Assembly: GCA_050273025.1 (NCBI GenBank)
Contig: CP158635.1
Coordinates: forward strand, 7,874,001-7,938,000
Reading direction: 5' to 3'
From: Cenococcum geophilum
Lineage: Eukaryota
DNA: 64,000 bases
Every line of letters starts with the position of its first letter. Within the stretch, counting starts at the first letter, position 1. Shown one piece after another: positions 51,384 through 64,000 of the stretch. The position numbers and the translations under genes were made by a program. The notes below the pieces were generated by a model. That model ran no database searches, was not told where the DNA came from, and worked only from the letters and a program-made list of their open reading frames with translations.

Positions 51384-54300
51384 TAGTCTATTATTATATC
51401 TTATATTATTAAGTATCTTTAATATTAACCTGGCCTATAATCTAATCAATCTTTAAATTATATTCCTATAACTAAGGTATTCCTAATACTGCCTTATCCC
51501 GTCCTAATAGTAGGATATTAAAAGATATCTTAATTTATTTTCCTTTAATGGTTATTTAAATAAGTCCTGTTTTAAGATTAATAATTCCTCCTCTATAGGT
51601 TATTAGATCTCCTAAAATTATAACTAATAGGTAAGATTACTCCTTTTATCTATAAAGTAATTATATTTTTTTAATTACTATTAATAAAATATAGTTCCGC
51701 GTTACTATACTATTTATTAATACTTTAAACTATTAATCTTACTAATTAACTTATAAATTTAGGTGTTATCCTTAAATTTCTTTAAGGGTCTAAGGCTTTA
51801 TTACTAGCTCCCTCTATTTTTATAGGCCTCTACTTTTTCTAACTATTAGCTATTTAATCCTATTATACTTAGCTTATTTTTTAGCTAATGCCTAGTTTAC
51901 TTTTTATCTTTAATATAGTTACTATAGATATATATTCTTTAGGCATTCCCACTACTATTATCTATCTAAGTATTCTTCTATAAGGATTTTTTTTATTAAA
52001 GTATTAAGTTCTCTAACTCTTATACTTCTGTTGAATGCTATCTATATATATACTTACTATTTCTATACTATTACTTATTTAGCGCCTAATATATTCTTAT
52101 AGGGTATTTCCAATTCTTTTTTTTTTAGGTTTTTATATATTTTGTATATATTGTCTATATATAATCTATAATAGCATATAGTGCGCTAGGTACTTTAGGT
52201 TAATTTTTAACTTATCTTTATTTTTACGTTTAAACCTTTACCGTATTAATCTAAACGTTATAACTTTATTTATAGGTATTAAGATATATTATTTGCTTTT
52301 CTAGTCCTCTAATTATTCCTTTAAATCTTTTAACGTTATAATTAAGGCTCCTTTAATGTAAGTTATAGCCTTCTCTAAAATTAGGTGGTCCTAAATAACT
52401 TACTTATTTAACTATATATAGAAATCTTCCTACTTATTATTATATCGCTATCTATACCACTTTTAGTATAGCTACTAGAGTGTATACGGCTTGTCCATAA
52501 GGAAGTATTTTCTTATTACTATATTATAATAGCCCTTTATATATTGTTCTTTAAATCTAATAGAAATCCCTAAATCCTTTATATTTTCTAGTTTAATAAG
52601 CTACTTAGCTCTTAGCGTACCTACCCTAGGCCTATTAATAATTCTTTATATAGGTACTCTGTCCCTTATATAACCTAGTATACTAAATCTCTTATCTAGT
52701 TTCTGTTCTTGCTATACAGTAATTCTTTACTTAAATTCTTTTATAGTTTCTTTTGGTTTATGTCTTATAAGTAAATCCTTAAAGTTCTCTTACTTCTTAA
52801 TTATAGTATTAATATTTTAATTCTGCTGCTAAGCCTTACTTATAATTTCTTTAATGGTCATTATTCTATTACTAAAATCTTAGTCATATAAAATTCTTAA
52901 TTCTAAGCTTACTTCTGTCTTAAGCTTTACTTTAGCCTTAGTTTAATTAGGCTTCTTTAGTATTCTTATCTTATTTTAAGAACCTTAAATCTTACTTATC
53001 TTATCTTAAGAGTCTTATGCTTTTAGGAAACTTCGTCCTAAGTTTATTTATATATTACTGAACTAAGCCGTTACTCTACTCTATTGGTTGTTGTCTATTA
53101 TAGGTTCTTAAGCTTACCTTATCTTATCTTAAGAATTTTAGTTATCTTTTATCTCTTTTTAAGAATCTTAAGCCTGTGGCCTTTTGCCTTTATTAAGTGC
53201 CGAAATAATTTGCTATTTTACTTTTTTTGCGTCTTATAAAGTAATAGATATCGTATTTAATGGCGTCTTAATCCCTACTAATATTCCCTATTCTATAGTG
53301 GAATTATCCTTTACCTTTATTATAATATCTTTAAGGTCTATATGCTTCTAGTAAGCTGCCTTTATTACCTTATTATTACTAAATATTTTGCCTATATTAA
53401 ATTTATTATCCTTAATATCCGATCTATAAACTAGTTTATTAGTTCCTCTAAACTCTAATAATTTTAGCTTTTATGGCTAATAGCTTATGCTATACTTAGC
53501 GTCTTTATAAATTTAGTATGCGTTATTATAATAAAACACAAAACTTTTAATTAAATATTCTTTTATTCCTTGTAGTATATTATTATCTGCTAGTTTTATT
53601 CCTTTTACTATATGGTAGCTCTAACTACTTCTATAGTCTTTAACGTAATAACCTTATTTTCTATAATTTATATAAGCTCCTTCTTTAAACTATTTTTTTT
53701 TGCTATAGAGTCCGCCTAAATATCTTTTGCTGCTAAGATCTCTAGTTTAGCCTTTACTCCTTAGACCTTTAATTACCTAATCCTTATCCTCTAGGTTTCT
53801 ATAGTCGTTTATTTTATTTTTTATTTTCTTTAGTACTACTTAGGTCTATTAGCTCTACGCTATACTATAGTTTTTAACTTTAACTTTATTATTATGTGCC
53901 CTACGCCTTATATAACTATAAAACTCTATCCTAACCCTTCTTAGCCTACTCTCTTTAGTAGATCCTATTATTAATCTTAATTGCTTAATTAATTAAATCC
54001 CTAAGAGTATCCATATCTTCTATTAGGATAATTATATTTTAGACTTTCGCCTTAAGTCCTTACTTATACTATACTATAAGCGCCTTATTATTTTATTTAA
54101 CTTATATTGCTAATATCTAAAACAACGTTATATATTTAATTGTTAATGTTCTTTATATTAGGTTTTAAAGCTTTTTTTTACTATAGAAGTTACCTCTAGG
54201 TCTTTAAATATTTGCGTTAATTGTTCTATAAACCTATTCTAACTTAAGAATATATATTATACCTCCTAGTTAGTAGTCGTTATGCTATACTCTTATACCT

Positions 54301-54714
54301 CTATAAGGTAAGATTTAAACCACTTAAGTGCCCTTTTTATTAAAAATAATCCTATATAAGCGACTTAATCTATAGGCGTTTTTAGCTTTACCCCTTCCTA
54401 TATAACCTTAAAGTGCATTTATATAAGGAATTCCTTAAGTTTTAACTTCTTTCCTAAGAATCGCTTAATTAAGGGTAACTTAACCTTAGCTGCTCCGATT
54501 CTATTAAATCTTTCTTTAAATATCCTATTATTATCTGTTAATTAATTAACTATTTTCTATAGCTGTTTAACAGTAACTAGTTGTGAGTTAGTATCTATTA
54601 TACTAGTGTTATTACCTAATCCTAAGGTAGTCGCCGCTGTGGACGCTATTATAGCTGCTACTTTTAGTAGCATATTATTTAGCTTTGTTAATACTATAAC
54701 CTTAATAGTAAATA

Positions 54715-57700
54715 TATAACGAAGCCTTATAGTAGGAACTATGGTAGACTTATTAATAGGCTAGGTATATAGGTAAATAAGAAGTTAATAACGTAATAAT
54801 AATTAGTAGAGTAGTTGCCTAATAGATTAACTCTAATTATATTCTAAGAAGAACTATAAAGAGAAGAACTATCTAGGGAGGGACTATAGTCCTTTAAATA
54901 TACAACTATACTTTTAAGAAATTCTCCTTATATATAAGATACGTCTTATATATAAGGTACGTAAGTTCCTCTTATTCCTTTTATTTGATACGTAGCACGT
55001 TATATAACCTTAGTTACTATTCCTCGTTATATAGTTTTATTGGCACCATTCCTCGTTATATAGTTCTATCGGCTCCATTCTAAACCGTGCCTTAATTAAC
55101 TAACTAGCTGCTTTTAACTCCTCTTCTAGTAGTTATAATAATATACTTAAAGCGTCCGTAATACCATCTTTTTTCCTTTTATCTTTGTTCTTAAAGACTC
55201 TTAATATCTCTAAGTTATTTACTAGAGGTGTAATATCTATCTAATTAATTTAGTTAATATTGTTACTTATTATACCTAAAGCTTCTTCTTTTTTATACGC
55301 CTAATGTCATGCCCGCACCATTGCTGTAATATTATTACTTAGTGAAATTATACCGTCTTTATATTCTTATTATGCGAAAAAGGGGCTGGTTTATATTACG
55401 TTAGTAAGTCTAAGCGATAACCGTCCTCTTATTTAGAGTGCACTAAAGCAAATATTTATTTATTTTATAATGTTTACTCTACTTCTAATATTAAATATAC
55501 GCGTTTTATTACTCTTAATAGTTATCTAATTCCCTAGTTAATTTGTCTTAAAGTCTTATATTTAATCTACTGCTATTTATCTTAATAGCGAGTTGTTTTA
55601 AACTCTTACTAAGTTAGAATGTTCTTATAATGCGGAATAAAAGGCTTTAGATACTTATATCGCGGTATCTACTTAGTTACTTTGTCTTAAAAAGGTTTAT
55701 AAAAAGGTTTATTTTAAGGAGTAGAAACTTATAGAATAAGGTTTATAGGAACTTAATAATAAAAAAATGGAATTTTTTTTAGCTGAGAAGGAAATAAATC
55801 TAAGTAGTTTAGTAACTGCTTTTTTTAGGTCCCCCTTATATAACATATTTTTTAGCGATTCTTCTTTATTAATGCTATCTAACCTAATTTCTTCTAATAC
55901 TCCTATACCTTTCTTATAGCGTTTTTTAGATTCTCTAGTGGCTCCTAGGTAGTTTTATTATAGCCTATCTACTTAACCTTATACTATATTTTATTATTAA
56001 TGTTCTTATAACTAACGATCTTTAAAACTTATTATTTATCTTCCTTTTATCCTTTATATATATCTACTTTATAAACTAGTAGCTTAATATTCCTATATAC
56101 TGGCTCTAGCATAGTTATATACTGTATATAGTAGATCTTTATCTTAGCTAGTAGGTTTAACTTAAACGTAACCGGTAAAATCCTTTATATAATTTTAAAA
56201 GGTCCTAGTCTAATATAGTCCAACTTTTTACTTAGTTATTAACTCTTAAAATTTTTATATAGTAGCCATACTTTATCCCCCTCCTTAAGATCTAGTCCCT
56301 TAGATCTCTTAGCGTTATAGTATCGTTTTATTCTTTTTTATACTTTTTTTACTAATTCTATAAGGTTTATATAAAGATTTATTAGTATCTTTATCCTTTT
56401 TTTTTTAGCTATACTACTTCTTTTCTTTTCTTATTATAGTAATAACAATATTCTTATCTTATATCTATAATTTGCCTTAAATAATATGCCTATTCCATTT
56501 TATAGTGTTATATTATATATATACTGTGTAACTGGTAATAATAATACCCAATTATTCTATACGTAATTAATATAATATCTTAGATACTATTCTAGCGTCT
56601 AATTTAATCTTTCTATTTATTTATCCATCTGCGGATAATATATAGTAAAAGTTGCTGCTCTAACTCCTTATTCTACTAAGAATACCTCCTAAAATACTGC
56701 TATAAATCTTAAATCTTTGCCTGATATAATTTTCCTTAGTACTCTATATTTTATAAATACTTCTTTAATATAGATTCTAGTAATATTTTCTACTAAGATT
56801 TCTTCTATATATATTATAAAGTAGCTCTATTTAGTTAACTTATCTACTATTACTAAGATTATATTATACTTTTATCTAGTAATAAGATCTTTTAACTTTA
56901 GTAACTTAATAATAAAGTCTTATAATATAACCTCCTATAGTCTCTCTAGTATTTTAAAAGGTTATAGCCCTCTATATAGCTTATGCCTTATTAGTTTATT
57001 TCTTTAGTAATCTAAATACTTTTTTATTACTTTTCTAGCTATGCCCTAGATTCCGTTAATAATATATTCTTCTTATAGTCTTAACACTAAGCCTATTACT
57101 CTATTATGTCCTTAAGTTATTCCCTTATAGAAATCTTCTATAAAATACTCTGCTATGCTCTTTAGGATATACTTTATTTCTTAATTTTTGTATATATCTA
57201 TCCGTAGATCTTTTAGCTATACTTTTAGAATTTTTTATACCTAAAAGCTTTCTAGTGTCTTATAAACTCTTTTTAGTTTATTATCCTCTTAAGTTGCTAC
57301 TAGCTTAGGATAATTATATCTAATTAATCTATCCTTATCTTTATATAGTATTACTCCTAATAGTTTCTTATTATTTTATAGTTTAGCCTTTCTGCTAAGT
57401 GCATTTACTCTTGCATTTTTAGTCCCTTTAGTATACTAAATCTTAAAATAGTATTTTATAAGCATCTCTACCTATCTAACCTATCTATAATTAAGTTCTT
57501 TTATTATTAAGAACCCCGTTAAGTTCTTATAATCTATCTTAACTATAAATAGTTTTTCTACGCCTTATAAGAATGCTCTCTATTTCTTTAATGCTATAAT
57601 TATACCTAACAACTCCTTATTATAGACGTTATAGTTTAACTCTAGTAGTATTATTTTTCTACTATAGTATACCACTAGATGCTATATATCTTTATACTTT

Positions 57701-60700
57701 TATAGTAAGTATACTCTTAGTATATAGTCTAATATGTCTATTTTCACAACTGTGTTTAATCCTAGTTGGTAAATTTTAAGGATTAGCTCCTAGGTAAATA
57801 GCTCTTTAAGTTCTCTAAATAGCTTCTTTTATTTATCTCCCTATGCCTATAATTTCTATTTCTTTATAAGCCTAGTAAACGGTTTAATATTTTTTTAACC
57901 ATTATGCTATAAACCTTCTATAGTAATTATAAAACCCTAAGAATAACCTTAACTATATTATATTCTCTAGTTCTTGCTAACTTACTATAGCTTTAATTTT
58001 CTTTAGGTCTATACTAATATAACTTAATTTAATAATAAATTCTATAAAATTAGTCTTCCTTATAATGAACTTATACTTCTTAATTGCTACTAGTATCTGT
58101 TCTTCCTATAGTCTCTTTAAGACCTATTTAATGTATTCCTTATACTCTTCCTTATTTATTAAGTAGATAATAATAATATTAAGGTATACTATAATAAATT
58201 TATTAAGGTATTCTCCTAATATACTATTAATTATTTTCTAAAATATTACTAGTATATTTGTTAACCTAAATTATATAACTAATAGCTTATATAGTTTTTC
58301 TCTTAACCTAAAGGCTGCCTTTTATTTATTACCTTCCTTAATTCCAATTTAATAGTACGCCTATCTTAGATCTATCTTTATAAAGATTTACGCATTACTT
58401 ATTTAATTTTAAATATCGCTAATTAAGGATAAAGGATACCTATCCTTTTAAGTAATACTATTTAACTATTTATAGTTAATGTATAACCTAAGTTTTCTAT
58501 TCTTCTTTAATACGAATAGTACTAGATAACCTATTAATAACTATAATAGTCTAATATATCCCTTTTGTAAGTTTTCCTAAATAAACTCTTTAAGTGCTCT
58601 TAACTCCTTTTAAGTAAGCTTATAGGTTAGAAGGGACTTTAAACTTATTTCTAGTTCTAACTCTATTTTATAGTCCTATACTATATAATCTGCCAGCCTT
58701 TTACTTTCTAGGCTCTATAGTTTCTTACCATATTTATAGTATCTCTTTAGTATATAGCTTAAGCCTTACTTAGTCTCTTTATATATTACTCCAACTTAGT
58801 ACTATACTAACTTAGTCTATTATCGCATTCTATGTTATTAAGTGTCCCTAATATTAACCTAACCTATAATCTAATTAATCCTTAAATTATATTCCTATAA
58901 CTAAGGTATTCTTAATACTGCCTTATTCCGTCCTAATAGTAGGATATTAAAAGATATCTTAATTTATCTTTCTTTAATAGTTATCTAAATAGGTCCTATT
59001 TTTAGATTAATAATCCCTCCTTTATAGGCTATTAGATCTTCTAAAATTATAACTAATAGGTAAGATTGCTCCTTTTATCTATAAAGTAATCCTATTTTTT
59101 TTTAACTACTATTAGTAAAATATAGTTCTATATTACTCTACTATTTATTAGTACTTTAAACTATTAATCTTATTAATTAACTTATAAATTTAGGTGTTAT
59201 CCTTAAATTCCTTTAAAGGTCTAAAGCTCTATTACTAGCCCCCTCTAGTTTTATAGGCCTCTACTTTTCCTAACTATTAGCTACCCAATCCTATTACACT
59301 TAGCTTACTTTTTAGCTAATACCTAGTCTGCTTTTTATCTTTAATATATTATAGATACGTATTTTCTAGGCATTCCTACCACTATTATCTATCTAAGTAT
59401 TTTTTTATAAGGAATCTTTTTAGTTAAAGTATTAAGTCTCCTAACTCTTATACTTCCGTTAAATGCCATTTATATATATACTTATTATTTTTATACTATC
59501 GCTTATTTGGCGCCTAATATATCCTTATAGGGTATTTCTTTTTTTTATATATAGATTTTTATAAATTTTGTATATATTATCTATATATATAATCTATAAT
59601 AGCGTATAGTATGCTAGGTGCTTTAGGTTAACTTTTAACTTATTTTTATTTTTAAGTTTAAACTTTTACTATACTAATCTAAACGTTATAACTTTATTCG
59701 TAGGTACTAAAATATATCTCTTACTTTTTTAGTCCTCTAACCGTTCCTTTAGATCCTTTAACATTATAATTAAGGCTCCTTTAATATAAGTTATAGCCTT
59801 CTCTATAATTGGGTGGTTTTAAATAACTTATTTATCTAACTATATATAGAAATCTTCCTACTTATTATTATATCGCTGTCTATACTACTTTTAGTATAGC
59901 TACTAGAGTATATACGGCTTATTTATAAGGAAGTATCTTCTTATTACTATATTATAATAGCCCTTTATATATTATTTTTTAAATCTAGTAAAGATTTTTA
60001 GATTCTCTTTATTTTCTAGTTTAATAAGCTACTTAGCTCTTAGTATACCTACCTTAGGCCTATTAGTAATTCTTTATATAAGTACTCTATCCCTTATATA
60101 ACTTAGTATACTAAATCTCTTATCTAGTTTCTATTCTTATTATGCAATAATTCTTTATCTAAATTCTTTTATAGTTTCTTTTGGTTTGCGTCTTATAAGT
60201 AAATCTTTAAAGTTCTCTTACTTTTTAATTATAGTATTAATATTTTGATCCTATTGCTGAGCCTTACTTATAATTTCTTTAATAGTCCTTATTCTATTAC
60301 TAAAATCTTAGTCTTATAGAATTCTTAATCTTAAGCTTACTTCTTTCTTAAGCTTAGCTCCTGCCTTAGTCTAACTAGGCTTTTATAGTATTTTTATCTT
60401 ATCTTAAGAGTCTTATACTTTTAGGAAACTTTATCCTAAGCTTATTTATATATTACTAAACTAAGCCGTTACTCTACTTTATCGGTTATCGTCTATTATA
60501 GATCCTTAAGCTTACCTTATCTTATCTTAAGAATCTTAGTTATCTCTTATCTCTTTTTAAGAATCTTAAGTCTGTGGCCTTTTGCCTTTATTAAGTACCG
60601 AAGTAGTTCACTATCTTACTTCCCTTACGTTTTATAAAGCGATAGATATCGTGTCTAGTAGGGTCTTAATCCCTACTAATATTCCCTATTCTATAGTAAA

Positions 60701-62535
60701 ATTATCCTCTATTTTTTATATAATATTTCTAAGGTCTATATACTCCTAATAAGCTGCTTTTATTACCTTATTATTACTAAATATTTCGCCTATATTAAAC
60801 TTATTATCCTTAATATTTAATCTATAAACTAGTTTATTAGTTCCTCTAAACTCTAATAATTTTAGCTCCTATAGCTAATAGTTTACGCTATACTTAGCGT
60901 CTTTATAAATTTGGTATATATTATTATAGTAAAACGCAAAACTTTTAATTAAATATTCTTTTGTTTCTTATAGTATATTATTATCCCTTTATATATATAT
61001 ATTATCTACTAGTCTTATTCCTTTTATTATATAGTATCTTTAACCACTTCTATAGTCTCTAATATAATATTATTATTTTTCGCAATTTATATAAGCTCCT
61101 TTTTTAAACTATTTTTCTTGCTATAAAGTCCGCCTAAACGTCTTCTGCTACTAAAATCCCTAGTTTAGCCTTTGCTTTTTAGGCCTTTAATTACTTAATT
61201 CTTATCCTCTAGATTTCTATAATTTTTTATTTTATCTTTTAAATTTTTTAGTACTACTTAGGTTTATTAGCTCTGCGCTATACTATAGTTTTTAACTCTA
61301 ACTTTATTATTACTTACCCTACGCCTTATATAACTATAAAACTCTATCCTAACCCTTCTTAGTCTGCTCTCTTTAGTAGATCCTATTATTAATCTTAATT
61401 ACTTAATTAATTAAATCCCTAAGAGTATCCGCATCTTCTATTAGAATAATTACGTCCTAGACTTTTACTTTAAGTCCCTATTTATACTATGCTATAAGCG
61501 CTTTATCATTCTATTTAACCTATATTACTAATATTTAAAACTACGTTATATACTTAATTGCTAAAGTTCTTTATATTAGGTTTTAAAGTTTTCGTTCCGC
61601 TATAGTAGTTATCTTTAAGTCTCTAAATATCTATATTAAGCGTTCTATAAACCTATTTTAACTTAAAAATATATACTATACCTCCTAGTTAGTAGTTATT
61701 ATACCGTACTCCTATACCTCTATAAGGTAAAATTTAAACTACTTAAGTACCCTTCCTGTTAAGAATAATCCTATATAAGCGACTTAATTTATAGGCGTTC
61801 CTAGCTTTACCCCTTCCTATATAACCTTAAAGTGCATTTACGTAAGGAATTCCTTAAGCTTTAACTTCTTCCCTAAGAATCGCTTAATTAAGGGTAACTT
61901 AACCTTAGCTACTCCGATTCTATTAATCCTTTCTTTAAATATCCTATTACCACCTGTTAATTAATTAACTATTTCCTATAGCTATCTAATAGTAACTAGT
62001 TGCGAGTTAGTATTTACTATACTAGTATTATTACCTAATCCTAAGGTAATCGCTGCTATAGACGCCGTTATAGCTGCTACTTTTAGTAGTATATTATTTA
62101 ACTTTATTAATACTATAACCTTAGTAGTAAATATATAATAAAGCCTTATAGTAGGAACTACGGTAGACTTATTAATAGGCTAGGTATATAGGTAAATAAG
62201 AAGTTAATAATGTAATAATAACTAGTGGAGTAGTTGCCTAACAGAATAACTCTAATTATATTCTAAGATTTACTATAAAGAGAAGAACTATTTAGGTAGG
62301 GACTGTGGTCCTTTAAATACATAACCGTACTCCTAAGAAATCCTCCTTATATGTAAGGTATATAAGTTCCTCTTATTCCTCTTATTTAATACGTAGCACG
62401 TTATATAACCTTAGTTACCATTCCTTGTTATATAGTTCTATTAGCTCCATTCTAGACCGTGCCTTAATTAAATAACTAGCTGCTTTTAACTCCTCTCCTA
62501 GTAGTTATAATATTGTACTTAAAGCGTCTATAATA
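54715..62535 (-). mobile_element. Chromoviral Gypsy copy B4, in tandem with B1 and sharing LTR 54715-55163
   Basis: The reverse-complement PPT directly follows the shared LTR; full internal region; 5' LTR 62134-62535. Confidence 0.92.
55272..55952 (+). pseudogene. Antisense Zn(II)2Cys6/coiled-coil gene of B4 (RIP-inactivated)
   Basis: Colinear with the B3 copy; retains Cys5 TGC; 4-nt deletion in the Cys3-Cys4 loop. Confidence 0.7.
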
Positions 62536-64000
62536 ACTAGAGTTCTTTCTAGTGCCTATTTATATCTAAGTAGAGTTATACTATATAGGTAATCTCCTAT
62601 ACGGTATAACTACTATTAGCAAGTTATAGGGCGCGGGCTTTAGTAAGGGGTAAGGTAGGTAGGCTATAAGTATATATAAATTAGGTATTTATAAATTTAT
62701 TAATAGCTTTGTAATTAATTATAGAACGGCTTTTATATTATTTTTTAGCAGTAGTTCCTATTATAGGTAAAACTATCTATTTCTGTCTATTTATTTTTAC
62801 TAAGTTATTTATTAAGTAAACCGATATATAGGTTCCTCTGTTATTAGAGCGTCTTAACCTATAACTTAGAGCTAGGACTTAGCGTTTTCCGCTTCCGTAT
62901 CTAACTTTAATACTATTACTATATCTTTATCTTATATAGTAGTAGTATATAGCAACATATTTAGTGTTTAGGGTATTAGGTTAGGTATTAGGCAGTAGCT
63001 ACTAAACCTAGCTATTAAGCAGTTTAGGTTATTATAATAGTAGCTTTCTTAATAGTATTTATAGCAGCGTCTTAGTCTCTAGAGTAGCTTACGCTCTTTA
63101 TCTAGAAGTTTTTATAGAAAGGTTAGTATAGAGAGGTTGATATTAGCTTTAGTGGTATTTAAGGTAGTAGGCGTTAGTGGCTTAGTATATATAGGTTTAG
63201 TAGGTCCGGAGGGCTTCTATAAGGAGGTCTTTAGGTAAGGGTTAGTAATAGCAATCTAATTTAGTTATCGTTTAATCTTCTATAGAGCTGCTACTATATT
63301 ATAATTATTATTATAATTATGGCTAGCGGCTGCGTAACTAAGGCAATAAGTGACTTTTTTAAGGAGATCTTTTTAGTCTTTAGTATCGTCTCGGGCGAGA
63401 GCTTTACTATATTTCTAGAATTTAACATAGAACTTACTAAATAATTTAGTAGGACTTATTTTTAGGCCACGTAGTTTAGCTTAGTTAGTGGCTAGTAGGT
63501 TGTAGTTATAGTATATTAGGTTAAGATTGTTAAGGACTTTTTAGTAGGACTACCACTTCTAAGGGCTACTAGTCTCCTATTAGGCGAAGAGTCTATTAAA
63601 TAGTGTACTCTTTATTCGCCTAATAATGTATCTAATTTTAGTATCTTCTATAGGAAAAAGGTAGGCGCTCTAAGTTAGTTTCTTATAGATTTGTATCTTT
63701 TAGTAGCTATATTTCTTACGGTCTCCCTAAAAGATTATAGAATTAAAGTAATACGTATTAGACCCTATAGTGGCAACTTAGGTCTAATTATTATAGCTTT
63801 TATTATTACTGCTTTAGTAGGGGTTCCTATTAAGTGAAGCTACTTAGCGCTAACCCTCTATTAAGCGTTAAGTAGGTAAAGTTACTAGGGGTATAGAGAC
63901 TTAGGTGGCGTTATATACAGTAAAGAGGTATCTAGCGTTATTATAAATATGCTCGTTAAGCTAAGATTATAGGTATTTAATTATACCTTCTTTTTTAGTA
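62536..64000 (-). mobile_element. Gypsy gag/protease relic, possibly the 5' part of host G
   Basis: On the minus strand: GGAAAACGC gag end at ~62890, then RIP-reversed (M)IDC.A..EFID...LP.P..L.LADG protease-like sequence at ~62725-62590. Confidence 0.6.

Larger units (their letters stand above)
12082..55163 (-). mobile_element. Chromoviral Gypsy copy B1 (pieces 12082-13879, 20070-20293, 43830-45842, 51384-55163)
   Basis: 3' LTR 12082-12500 with an adjacent PPT; 5' LTR 54715-55163; internal sequence is colinear with B3 once TSD-bounded insertions are removed. Confidence 0.9.

Noticed and set aside
12077..62540. B1+B4 as one insertion with a TSD
   Set aside because: Flanks TTCGT and ACTAG do not match and cannot be reconciled by RIP.

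Overview
This window is fungal heterochromatin (most likely Pezizomycotina), made almost entirely of nested transposons heavily mutated by RIP (excess TpA, depleted CpA/TpG). No intact host gene is visible. Target-site duplications (TSDs) resolve most of the nesting. A + strand Gypsy relic (A) holds an internally deleted GalEa-like Copia and a Tad-like LINE, and the LINE holds a fold-back pogo-type MITE and a solo LTR. A - strand chromovirus (host G) holds four copies of a second chromoviral Gypsy family (B1-B4). Those copies hold two more GalEa-like Copia copies, a younger Copia of another family, a second fold-back MITE, an un-RIPed PIF/Harbinger element, another solo LTR and a 175-bp insert without terminal inverted repeats (TIRs). 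The main finding is that all four B copies carry an antisense gene with a 55-nt intron at the 3' end of pol, upstream of the 3' LTR. Reconstructed across copies, it encodes a ~209-aa protein with a Zn(II)2Cys6 (GAL4-type) motif, a coiled coil and an acidic tail. The Copia family that inserts into B carries 17 same-strand copies of a CGG motif (TTACGGAC, sometimes the palindrome TTACGGACCGTAA), and the same 8-mer opens the B LTR. All protein readings are manual RIP-reversed reconstructions, not database results.
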